In this document: piece by piece, positions 1 to 13,200 of the stretch | Layout of the letters: each line of letters begins with the position of its first letter | Position numbering within the stretch: position 1 is the stretch's first letter | Assembly: GCA_964057225.1 (NCBI GenBank) | Contig: OZ059898.1 | Coordinates: 434,001-498,000, forward strand | Reading direction: 5' to 3' | DNA length: 64,000 nucleotides | Source: Auanema rhodensis | Lineage: Eukaryota > Animalia > Nematoda | Made by a program: the position numbers and the translations under genes | Notes under the pieces: generated by a model | Seen by the model: the letters and a program-made list of their open reading frames with translations, nothing else | Database searches by the model: none | Told to the model about the DNA's origin: nothing

Positions 1-3000
1 CTTTCACGTGAAGCGAGTTACATACCAAGTGCACATCACGTGTACATTTAATTAGCATAAATTAAAGTTCACGTAAATTTCAAAGTCATGGTTACCATGC
101 ACCAATATCAATAAAAATTTGTTTTTAGACTAATATGGACATGGGGAATCTAATTTTGAAAACCGCATCTCTTTATCTTTCACGTGAAGCGAGTTACATA
201 CCAAGTGCACATCACGTGTACATTTAATTAGCATAATTTAAAGTTCACGTAAATTTCAAAGTCATGGTTACCATGCACCAATATCAATAAAAATTTGTTT
301 TTAGACTAATATGGACATGGGGAATCTAATTTTGAAAACCGCATCTCTTTATCTTTCACGTGAAGCGAGTTACATACCAAGTGCACATCACGTGTACATT
401 TAATTAGCATAAATTAAAGTTCACGTAAATTTCAAAGTCATGGTTACCATGAAGCAATATCAATAAAAATTTGTTTTTAGACTAATATGGACATGGGGAA
501 TCTAATTTTGAAAACCGCATCTCTTTATCTTTCACGTGAAGCGAGTTACATACCAAGTGCACATCACGTGTACATTTAATTAGCATAAATTAAAGTTCAC
601 GTAAATTTCAAAGTCATGGTTACCATGCACCAATATCAATAAAAATTTGTTTTTAGACTAATATGGACATGGGGAATCTAATTTTAAAAACCGCATCTCT
701 TTATCTTTCACGTGAAGCGAGTTACATACCAAGTGCACATCACGTGTACATTTAATTAGCATAAATTAAAGTTCACGTAAATTTCAAAGTCATGGTTACC
801 ATGAACCAATATCAATAAAAATTTGTTTTTAGACTAATATGGACATGGGGAATCTAATTTTGAAAACCGCATCTCTTTATCTTTCACGTGAAGCGAGTTA
901 CATACCAAGTGCACATCACGTGTACATTTAATTAGCATAAATTAAAGTTCACGTAAATTTCAAAGTCATGGTTACCATGAACCAATATCAATAAAAATTT
1001 GTTTTTAGACTAATATGGACATGGGGAATCTAATTTTGAAAACCGCATCTCTTTATCTTTCACGTGAAGCGAGTTACATACCAAGTGCACATCACGTGTA
1101 CATTTAATTAGCATAAATTAAAGTTCACGTAAATTTCAAAGTCATGGTTACCATGAACCAATATCAATAAAAATTTGTTTTTAGACTAATATGGAGATGG
1201 GGAATCTAATTTTGAAAACCGCATCTCTTTATCTTTCACGTGAAGCGAGTTACATACCAAGTGCACATCACGTGTACATTTAATTAGCATAAATTAAAGT
1301 TCACGTAAAATTCAAAGTCATGGTTACCATGCACCAATATCAATAAAAATTTGTTTTTAGACTAATATGGACATGGGGAATCTAATTTTGAAAACCGCAT
1401 CTCTTTATCTTTCACGTGAAGCGAGTTACATACCAAGTGCACATCACGTGTACATTTAATTAGCATAAATTAAAGTTCACGTAAATTTCAAAGTCATGGT
1501 TACCATGCACCAATATCAATAAAAATTTGTTTTTGACTAATATGGACATGGGGAATCTAATTTTGGAAACCGCATCTCTTTATCTTTCACGTGAAGCGAG
1601 TTACATACCAAGTGCACATCACGTGTACATTTAATTAGCATAAATTAAAGTTCACGTAAATTTCAAAGTCATGGTTACCATGCACCAATATCAATAAAAA
1701 TTTGTTTTTAGACTAATATGGACATGGGGAATCTAATTTTGAAAACCGCATCTCTTTATCTTTCACGTGAAGCGAGTTACATACCAAGTGCACATCACGT
1801 GTACATTTAATTAGCATAAATTAAAGTTCACGTAAATTTCAAAGTCATGGTTACCATGCACCAATATCAATAAAAATTTGTTTTTAACTAATATGGACAT
1901 GGGGAATCTAATTTTGAAAACCGCATCTCTTTATCTTTCACGTGAAGCGAGTTACATACCAAGTGCACATCACGTGTACATTTAATTAGCATAAATTAAA
2001 GTTCACGTAAATTTCAAAGTCATGGTTACCATGAACCAATATCAATAAAAATTTGTTTTTAGACTAATATGGACATGGGGAATCTAATTTTGAAAACCGC
2101 ATCTCTTTATCTTTCACGTGAAGCGAGTTACATACCAAGTGCACATCACGTGTACATTTAATTAGCATAAATTAAAGTTCACGTAAAATTCAAAGTCATG
2201 GTTACCATGCACCAATATCAATAAAAATTTGTTTTTAGACTAATATGGACATGGGGAATCTAATTTTGAAAACCGCATCTCTTTATCTTTCACGTGAAGC
2301 GAGTTACATACCAAGTGCACATCACGTGTACATTTAATTAGCATAAATTAAAGTTCACGTAAATTTCAAAGTCATGGTTACCATGAACCAATATCAATAA
2401 AAATTTGTTTTTAGACTAATATGGACATGGGGAATCTAATTTTGAAAACCGCATCTCTTTATCTTTCACGTGAAGCGAGTTACATACCAAGTGCACATCA
2501 CGTGTACATTTAATTAGCACAAATTAAAGTTCACGTAAATTTCAAAGTCATGGTTACCATGCACCAATATCAATAAAAATTTGTTTTTAGACTAATATGG
2601 ACATGGGGAATCTAATTTAGAATACCGCATCTCTTTATCTTTCACGTGAAGCGAGTTACATACCAAGTGCACATCACGTGTACATTTAATTAGCATAAAT
2701 TAAAGTTCACGTAAATTTCAAAGTCATGGTTACCATGAACCAATATCAATAAAAATTTGTTTTTAGACTAATATGGACATGGGGAATCTAATTTTGAAAA
2801 CCGCATCTCTTTATCTTTCACGTGAAGCGAGTTACATACCAAGTGCACATCACGTGTACATTTAATTAGCATAAATTAAAGTTCACGTAAATTTCAAAGT
2901 CATGGTTACCATGAACCAATATCAATAAAAATTTGTTTTTAGACTAATATGGACATGGGGATTCTAATTTTGAAAATCGCATCTCTTTATCTTTCACGTG

Positions 3001-4398
3001 AAGCGAGTTACATACCAAGTGCACATCACGTGTACATTTAATTAGCATAAATTAAAGTTCAAGTAAATTTCAAAGTCATGGTTACCATGAACCAATATCA
3101 ATAAAAATTTGTTTTTAGACTAATATGGACATGGGGAATCTAATTTTGAAAACCGCATCTCTTTATCTTTCACGTGAAGCGAGTTACATACCAAGTGCAC
3201 ATCACGTGTACATTTAATTAGCATAAATTAAAGTTCACGTAAATTTCAAAGTCATGGTTACCATGAACCAATATCAATAAAAATTTCTTTTTAGACTAAT
3301 ATGGACATGGGGAATCTAATTTTGAAAACCGCATCTCTTTATCTTTCACGTGAAGCGAGTTACATACCAAGTGCACATCACGTGTACATTTAATTAGCAT
3401 AAATTAAAGTTCACGTAAATTTCAAAGTCATGGTTACCATGCACCAATATCAATAAAAATTTGTTTTTAGACTAATATGGACATGGGGAATCTAATTTTG
3501 AAAACCGCATCTCTTTATCTTTCACGTGAAGCGAGTTACATACCAAGTGCACATCACGTGTACATTTAATTAGCATAATTTAAGGTTCACGTAAATTTCA
3601 AAGTCATGGTTACCATGCACCAATATCAATAAAAATTTGTTTTTAGACTAATATGGACATGGGGAATCTAATTTTGAAAACCGCATCTCTTTATCTTTCA
3701 CGTGAAGCGAGTTACATACCAAGTGCACATCACGTGTACATTTAATTAGCATAAATTAAAGTTCACGTAAATTTCAAAGTCATGGTTACCATGAAGCAAT
3801 ATCAATAAAAATTTGTTTTTAGACTAATATGGAAATGGGGAATCTAATTTTGAAAACCGCATCTCTTTATCTTTCACGTGAAGCGAGTTACATACCAAGT
3901 GCACATCACGTGTACATTTAATTAGCATAAATTAAAGTTCACGTAAATTTCAAAGTCATGGTTACCATGAAGCAATATCAATAAAAATTTGTTTTTAGAC
4001 TAATATGGACATGGGGAATCTAATTTTGAAAACCGCATCTCTTTATCTTTCACGTGAAGCGAGTTACATACCAAGTGCACATCACGTGTACATTTAATTA
4101 GCATAAATTAAAGTTCACGTAAATTTCAAAGTCATGGTTACCATGAACCAATATCAATAAAAATTTCTTTTTAGACTAATATGGACATGGGGAATCTAAT
4201 TTTGAAAACCGCATCTCTTTATCTTTCACGTGAAGCGAGTTACATACCAAGTGCACATCACGTGTACATTTAATTAGCATAAATTAAAGTTCACGTAAAT
4301 TTCAAAGTCATGGTTACCATGCACCAATATCAATAAAAATTTGTTTTTAGACTAATATGGACATGGGGAATCTAATTTTGAAAACCGCATCTCTTTAT

Positions 4399-7214
4399 CT
4401 TTCACGTGAAGCGAGTTACATACCAAGTGCACATCACGTGTACATTTAATTAGCATAAATTAAAGTTCACGTAAATTTCAAAGTCATGGTTACCATGCAC
4501 CAATATCAATAAAAATTTGTTTTTAGACTAATATGGACATGGGGAATCTAATTTTGAAAACCGCATCTCTTTATCTTTCACGTGAAGCGAGTTACATACC
4601 AAGTGCACATCACGTGTACATTTAATTAGCATAAATTAAAGTTCACGTAAATTTCAAAGTCATGGTTACCATGCACCAATATCAATAAAAATTTGTTTTT
4701 AGACTAATATGGACATGGGGAATCTAATTTTGAAAACCGCATCTCTTTATCTTTCACGTGAAGCGAGTTACATACCAAGTGCACATCACGTGTACATTTA
4801 ATTAGCATAAATTAAAGTTCACGTAAATTTCAAAGTCATGGTTACCATGAAGCAATATCAATAAAAATTTGTTTTTAGACTAATATGGACATGGGGAATC
4901 TAATTTTGAAAACCGCATCTCTTTATCTTTCACGTGAAGCGAGTTACATACCAAGTGCACATCACGTGTACATTTAATTAGCATAAATTAAAGTTCACGT
5001 AAATTTCAAAGTCATGGTTACCATGCACCAATATCAATAAAAATTTGTTTTTAGACTAATATGGACATGGGGAATCTAATTTTAAAAACCGCATCTCTTT
5101 ATCTTTCACGTGAAGCGAGTTACATACCAAGTGCACATCACGTGTACATTTAATTAGCATAAATTAAAGTTCACGTAAATTTCAAAGTCATGGTTACCAT
5201 GAACCAATATCAATAAAAATTTGTTTTTAGACTAATATGGACATGGGGAATCTAATTTTGAAAACCGCATCTCTTTATCTTTCACGTGAAGCGAGTTACA
5301 TACCAAGTGCACATCACGTGTACATTTAATTAGCATAAATTAAAGTTCACGTAAATTTCAAAGTCATGGTTACCATGAACCAATATCAATAAAAATTTGT
5401 TTTTAGACTAATATGGACATGGGGAATCTAATTTTGAAAACCGCATCTCTTTATCTTTCACGTGAAGCGAGTTACATACCAAGTGCACATCACGTGTACA
5501 TTTAATTAGCATAAATTAAAGTTCACGTAAATTTCAAAGTCATGGTTACCATGAACCAATATCAATAAAAATTTGTTTTTAGACTAATATGGAGATGGGG
5601 AATCTAATTTTGAAAACCGCATCTCTTTATCTTTCACGTGAAGCGAGTTACATACCAAGTGCACATCACGTGTACATTTAATTAGCATAAATTAAAGTTC
5701 ACGTAAAATTCAAAGTCATGGTTACCATGCACCAATATCAATAAAAATTTGTTTTTAGACTAATATGGACATGGGGAATCTAATTTTGAAAACCGCATCT
5801 CTTTATCTTTCACGTGAAGCGAGTTACATACCAAGTGCACATCACGTGTACATTTAATTAGCATAAATTAAAGTTCACGTAAATTTCAAAGTCATGGTTA
5901 CCATGCACCAATATCAATAAAAATTTGTTTTTAGACTAATATGGACATGGGGAATCTAATTTTGAAAACCGCATCTCTTTATCTTTCACGTGAAGCGAGT
6001 TACATACCAAGTGCACATCACGTGTACATTTAATTAGCATAAATTAAAGTTCACGTAAATTTCAAAGTCATGGTTACCATGCACCAATATCAATAAAAAT
6101 TTGTTTTTAGACTAATATGGACATGGGGAATCTAATTTTGAAAACCGCATCTCTTTATCTTTCACGTGAAGCGAGTTACATACCAAGTGCACATCACGTG
6201 TACATTTAATTAGCATAAATTAAAGTTCACGTAAATTTCAAAGTCATGGTTACCATGAAGCAATATCAATAAAAATTTGTTTTTAGACTAATATGGACAT
6301 GGGGAATCTAATTTTGAAAACCGCATCTCTTTATCTTTCACGTGAAGCGAGTTACATACCAAGTGCACATCACGTGTACATTTAATTAGCATAAATTAAA
6401 GTTCACGTAAATTTCAAAGTCATGGTTACCATGCACCAATATCAATAAAAATTTGTTTTTAGACTAATATGGACATGGGGAATCTAATTTTAAAAACCGC
6501 ATCTCTTTATCTTTCACGTGAAGCGAGTTACATACCAAGTGCACATCACGTGTACATTTAATTAGCATAAATTAAAGTTCACGTAAATTTCAAAGTCATG
6601 GTTACCATGAACCAATATCAATAAAAATTTGTTTTTAGACTAATATGGACATGGGGAATCTAATTTTGAAAACCGCATCTCTTTATCTTTCACGTGAAGC
6701 GAGTTACATACCAAGTGCACATCACGTGTACATTTAATTAGCATAAATTAAAGTTCACGTAAATTTCAAAGTCATGGTTACCATGAACCAATATCAATAA
6801 AAATTTGTTTTTAGACTAATATGGACATGGGGAATCTAATTTTGAAAACCGCATCTCTTTATCTTTCACGTGAAGCGAGTTACATACCAAGTGCACATCA
6901 CGTGTACATTTAATTAGCATAAATTAAAGTTCACGTAAATTTCAAAGTCATGGTTACCATGAACCAATATCAATAAAAATTTGTTTTTAGACTAATATGG
7001 AGATGGGGAATCTAATTTTGAAAACCGCATCTCTTTATCTTTCACGTGAAGCGAGTTACATACCAAGTGCACATCACGTGTACATTTAATTAGCATAAAT
7101 TAAAGTTCACGTAAAATTCAAAGTCATGGTTACCATGCACCAATATCAATAAAAATTTGTTTTTAGACTAATATGGACATGGGGAATCTAATTTTGAAAA
7201 CCGCATCTCTTTAT
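4399..7214. repeat. Tandem 8-monomer (1408-bp) higher-order duplication in satellite A
   Basis: The same order of diagnostic variants (gcacc, gcacc, gaagc, gcacc+ttttaaaa, gaacc, gaacc, gaacc+ggagatg, gtaaaattc+gcacc) occurs in 4399-5806 and 5807-7214. Confidence 0.85.
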
Positions 7215-10200
7215 CTTTCACGTGAAGCGAGTTACATACCAAGTGCACATCACGTGTACATTTAATTAGCATAAATTAAAGTTCACGTAAATTTCAAAGT
7301 CATGGTTACCATGCACCAATATCAATAAAAATTTGTTTTTAACTAATATGGACATGGGGAATCTAATTTTGGAAACCGCATCTCTTTATCTTTCACGTGA
7401 AGCGAGTTACATACCAAGTGCACATCACGTGTACATTTAATTAGCATAAATTAAAGTTCACGTAAATTTCAAAGTCATGGTTACCATGCACCAATATCAA
7501 TAAAAATTTGTTTTTAGACTAATATGGACATGGGGAATCTAATTTTGAAAACCGCATCTCTTTATCTTTCACGTGAAGCGAGTTACATACCAAGTGCACA
7601 TCACGTGTACATTTAATTAGCATAATTTAAAGTTCACGTAAATTTCAAAGTCATGGTTACCATGCACCAATATCAATAAAAATTTGTTTTTAGACTAATA
7701 TGGACATGGGGAATCTAATTTTGAAAACCGCATCTCTTTATCTTTCACGTGAAGCGAGTTACATACCAAGTGCACATCACGTGTACATTTAATTAGCATA
7801 AATTAAAGTTCACGTAAATTTCAAAGTCATGGTTACCATGAAGCAATATCAATAAAAATTTGTTTTTAGACTAATATGGACATGGGGAATCTAATTTTGA
7901 AAACCGCATCTCTTTATCTTTCACGTGAAGCGAGTTACATACCAAGTGCACATCACGTGTACATTTAATTAGCATAAATTAAAGTTCACGTAAATTTCAA
8001 AGTCATGGTTACCATGCACCAATATCAATAAAAATTTGTTTTTAGACTAATATGGACATGGGGAATCTAATTTTAAAAACCGCATCTCTTTATCTTTCAC
8101 GTGAAGCGAGTTACATACCAAGTGCACATCACGTGTACATTTAATTAGCATAAATTAAAGTTCACGTAAATTTCAAAGTCATGGTTACCATGAACCAATA
8201 TCAATAAAAATTTGTTTTTAGACTAATATGGACATGGGGAATCTAATTTTGAAAACCGCATCTCTTTATCTTTCACGTGAAGCGAGTTACATACCAAGTG
8301 CACATCACGTGTACATTTAATTAGCATAAATTAAAGTTCACGTAAATTTCAAAGTCATGGTTACCATGAACCAATATCAATAAAAATTTGTTTTTAGACT
8401 AATATGGACATGGGGAATCTAATTTTGAAAACCGCATCTCTTTATCTTTCACGCGAAGCGAGTTACATACCAAGTGCACATCACGTGTACATTTAATTAG
8501 CATAAATTAAAGTTCACGTAAATTTCAAAGTCATGGTTACCATGAACCAATATCAATAAAAATTTGTTTTTAGACTAATATGGACATGGGGAATCTAATT
8601 TTGAAAACCGCATCTCTTCAATTTTCACGTGAAGCGAGTTACATACCAAGTGCACATCACGTGTACATTTAATTAGCATAAATTAAAGTTCACGTAAATT
8701 TCAAAGTCATGGTTACCATGAACCAATATCAATAAAAATTTGTTTTTAGACTAATATGGACATGGGGAATCTAATTTTGAAAACCGCATCTCTTTATCTT
8801 TCACGTGAAGCGAGTTACATACCAAGTGCACATCACGTGTACATTTAATTAGCATAAATTAAAGTTCACGTAAATTTCAAAGTCATGGTTACCATGAACC
8901 AATATCAATAAAAATTTGTTTTTAGACTAATATGGACATGGGGAATCTAATTTTGAAAACCGCATCTCTTTATCTTTCACGTGAAGCGAGTTACATACCA
9001 AGTGCACATCACGTGTACATTTAATTAGCATAAATTAAAGTTCACGTAAAATTCAAAGTCATGGTTACCATGCACCAATATCAATAAAAATTTGTTTTTA
9101 GACTAATATGGACATGGGGAATCTAATTTTGAAAACCGCATCTCTTTATCTTTCACGTGAAGCGAGTTACATACCAAGTGCACATCACGTGTACATTTAA
9201 TTAGCATAAATTAAAGTTCACGTAAATTTCAAAGTCATGGTTACCATGAACCAATATCAATAAAAATTTGTTTTTAGACTAATATGGACATGGGGAATCT
9301 AATTTTGAAAACCGCATCTCTTTATCTTTCACGTGAAGCGAGTTACATGCCAAGTGCACATCAAGTGTACATTTAATTAGCATAAATTAAAGTTCACGTA
9401 AATTTCAAAGTCATGGTTACCATGAACCAATATCAATAAAAATTTGTTTTTAGACTAATATGGACATGGGGAATCTAATTTTGAAAACCGCATCTCTTTA
9501 TCTTTCACGTGAAGCGAGTTACATACCAAGTGCACATCACGTGTACATTTAATTAGCATAAATTAAAGTTCACGTAAATTTCAAAGTCATGGTTACCATG
9601 AAGCAATATCAATAAAAATTTGTTTTTAGACTAATATGGACATGGGAAATCTAATTTTGAAAACCGCATCTCTTTATCTTTCACGTGAAGCGAGTTACAT
9701 ACCAAGTGCACAACACGTGTACAATTAATTAGCATAAATTAAAGTTCACGTAAATTTCAAAGTCATGGTTACCATGAACCAATATCAATAAAAATTTGTT
9801 TTTAGACTAATATGGACATGGGGAATCTAATTTTGAAAACCGCATCTCTTTATCTTTCACGTGAAGCGAGTTACATACCAAGTGCACATCACGTGTACAT
9901 TTAATTAGCATAAATTAAAGTTCACGTAAATTTCAAAGTCATGGTTACCATGAAGCAATATCAATAAAAATTTGTTTTTAGACTAATATGGACATGGGGA
10001 ATCTAATTTTGAAAACCGCATCTCTTTATCTTTTCACGTGAAGCGAGTTACATACCAAGTGCACATCACGTGTACATTTAATTAGCATAAATTAAAGTTC
10101 ACGTAAATTTCAAAGTCATGGTTACCATGAACCAATATCAATAAAAATTTCTTTTTAGACTAATATGGACATGGGGAATCTAATTTTGAAAACCGCATCT

Positions 10201-13200
10201 CTTTATCTTTCACGTGAAGCGAGTTACATACCAAGTGCACATCACGTGTACATTTAATTAGCATAAATTAAAGTTCACGTAAATTTCAAAGTCATGGTTA
10301 CCATGCACCAATATCAATAAAAATTTGTTTTTAGACTAATATGGACATGGGGAATCTAATTTTGAAAACCGCATCTCTTTATCTTTCACGTGAAGCGAGT
10401 TACATACCAAGTGCACATCACGTGTACATTTAATTAGCATAAATTAAAGTTCACGTAAATTTCAAAGTCATGGTTACCATGCACCAATATCAATAAAAAT
10501 TTGTTTTTAGACTAATATGTACATGGGGAATCTAATTTTGAAAACCGCATCTCTTTATCTTTCACGTGAAGCGAGTTACATACCAAGTGCACATCACGTG
10601 TACATTTAATTAGCATAAATTAAAGTTCACGTAAATTTCAAAGTCATGGTTACCATGCACCAATATCAATAAAAATTTGTTTTTAGACTAATATGGACAT
10701 GCGGAATCTAATTTTGAAAACCGCATCTCTTTATCTTTCACGTGAAGCGAGTTACATACCAAGTGCACATCACGTGTACATTTAATTAGCATAAATTAAA
10801 GTTCACGTAAATTTCAAAGTCATGGTTACCATGCACCAATATCAATAAAAATTTGTTTTTAGACTAATATGGACATGGGGAATCTAATTTTGAAAACCGC
10901 ATCTCTTTATCTTTCACGTGAAGCGAGTTACATACCAAGTGCACATCACGTGTACATTTAATTAGCATAAATTAAAGTTCACGTAAATTTCAAAGTCATG
11001 GTTACCATGAACCAATATCAATAAAAATTTGTTTTTAGACTAATATGGACATGGGGAATCTAATTTTGAAAACCGCATCTCTTTATCTTTCACGTGAAGC
11101 GAGTTACATACCAAGTGCACATCACGTGTACATTTAATTAGCATAAATTAAAGTTCACGTAAAATTCAAAGTCATGGTTACCATGCACCAATATCAATAA
11201 AAATTTGTTTTTAGACTAATATGGACATGGGGAATCTAATTTTGAAAACCGCATCTCTTTATCTTTCACGTGAAGCGAGTTACATACCAAGTGCACATCA
11301 CGTGTACATTTAATTAGCATAAATTAAAGTTCACGTAAATTTCAAAGTCATGGTTACCATGAACCAATATCAATAAAAATTTGTTTTTAGACTAATATGG
11401 ACATGGGGAATCTAATTTTGAAAACCGCATCTCTTTATCTTTCACGTGAAGCGAGTTACATACCAATTGCACATCACGTGTACATTTAATTAGCATAAAT
11501 TAAAGTTCACGTAAATTTCAAAGTCATGGTTACCATGAACCAATATCAATAAAAATTTGTTTTTAGACTAATATGGACATGGGGATTCTAATTTTGAAAA
11601 TCGCATCTCTTTATCTTTCACGTGAAGCGAGTTACATACCAAGTGTACATCAAGTGTACATTTAATTAGCATAAATTAAAGTTCAAGTAAATTTCAAAGT
11701 CATGGTTACCATGAACCAATATCAATAAAAATTTGTTTTTAGACTAATATGGACATGGGGAATCTAATTTTGAAAACCGCATCTCTTTATCTTTCACGTG
11801 AAGCGAGTTACATACCAAGTGCACATCACGTGTACATTTAATTAGCATAAATTAAAGTTCACGTAAATTTCAAAGTCATGGTTACCATGAACCAATATCA
11901 ATAAAAATTTGTTTTTAGACTAATATGGACATGGGGATTCTAATTTTGAAAATCGCATCTCTTTATCTTTCACGTGAAGCGAGTTACATATTAAGTGTAC
12001 ATCAAGTGTACATTTAATTAGCATAAATTAAAGTTCACGTAAATTTCAAAGTCATGGTTACCATGCACCAATATCAATAAAAATTTGTTTTTAGACTAAT
12101 ATGTACATGGGGAATCTAATTTTGAAAACCGCATCTCTTTATCTTTCACGTGAAGCGAGTTACATACCAAGTGCACATCACGTGTACATTTAATTAGCAT
12201 AAATTAAAGTTCACGTAAATTTCAAAGTCATGGTTACCATGCACCAATATCAATAAAAATTTGTTTTTAGACTAATATGGACATGGGGAATCTTATTTTG
12301 AAAACCGCATCTCTTTATCTTTCACGTTAAGCGAGTTACATACCAAGTGCACATCACGTGTACATTTAATTAGCATAAATTAAAGTTCACGTAAATTTCA
12401 AAGTCATGGTTACCATGCACCAATATCAATAAAAATTTGTTTTTAGACTAATATGGACATGGGGAATCTAATTTTGAAAACCGCATCTCTTTATCTTTCA
12501 CGTGAAGCGAGTTACATGCCAAGTGCACATCAAGTGTACATTTAATTAGCATAAATTAAAGTTCACGTAAATTTCAAAGTCATGGTTACCATGAACCAAT
12601 ATCAATAAAAATTTGTTTTTAGACTAATATGGACATGGGGAATCTAATTTTGAAAACCGCATCTCTTTATCTTTCACGTGAAGCGAGTTACATACCAAGT
12701 GCACATCACGTGTACATTTAATTAGCATAAATTAAAGTTCACGTAAATTTCAAAGTCATGGTTACCATGAAGCAATATCAATAAAAATTTGTTTTTAGAC
12801 TAATATGGACATGGGAAATCTAATTTTGAAAACCGCATCTCTTTATCTTTCACGTGAAGCGAGTTACATACCAAGTGCACAACACGTGTACAATTAATTA
12901 GCATAAATTAAAGTTCACGTAAATTTCAAAGTCATGGTTACCATGAACCAATATCAATAAAAATTTGTTTTTAGACTAATATGGACATGGGGAATCTAAT
13001 TTTGAAAACCGCATCTCTTTATCTTTCACGTGAAGCGAGTTACATACCAAGTGCACATCACGTGTACATTTAATTAGCATAAATTAAAGTTCACGTAAAT
13101 TTCAAAGTCATGGTTACCATGCACCAATATCAATAAAAATTTGTTTTTAGACTAATATGGACATGGGGAATCTAATTTTGAAAACCGCATCTCTTTATCT

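Noticed and set aside
140-176. Short words shared by A and B (ggaatctaa, attttgaaa, aagttcac, gtgtacat; ccgcatc on opposite strands) as evidence of common ancestry
   Set aside because: They are not collinear, and several 8-9-bp matches are expected by chance between 176- and 351-bp sequences of ~68% AT.
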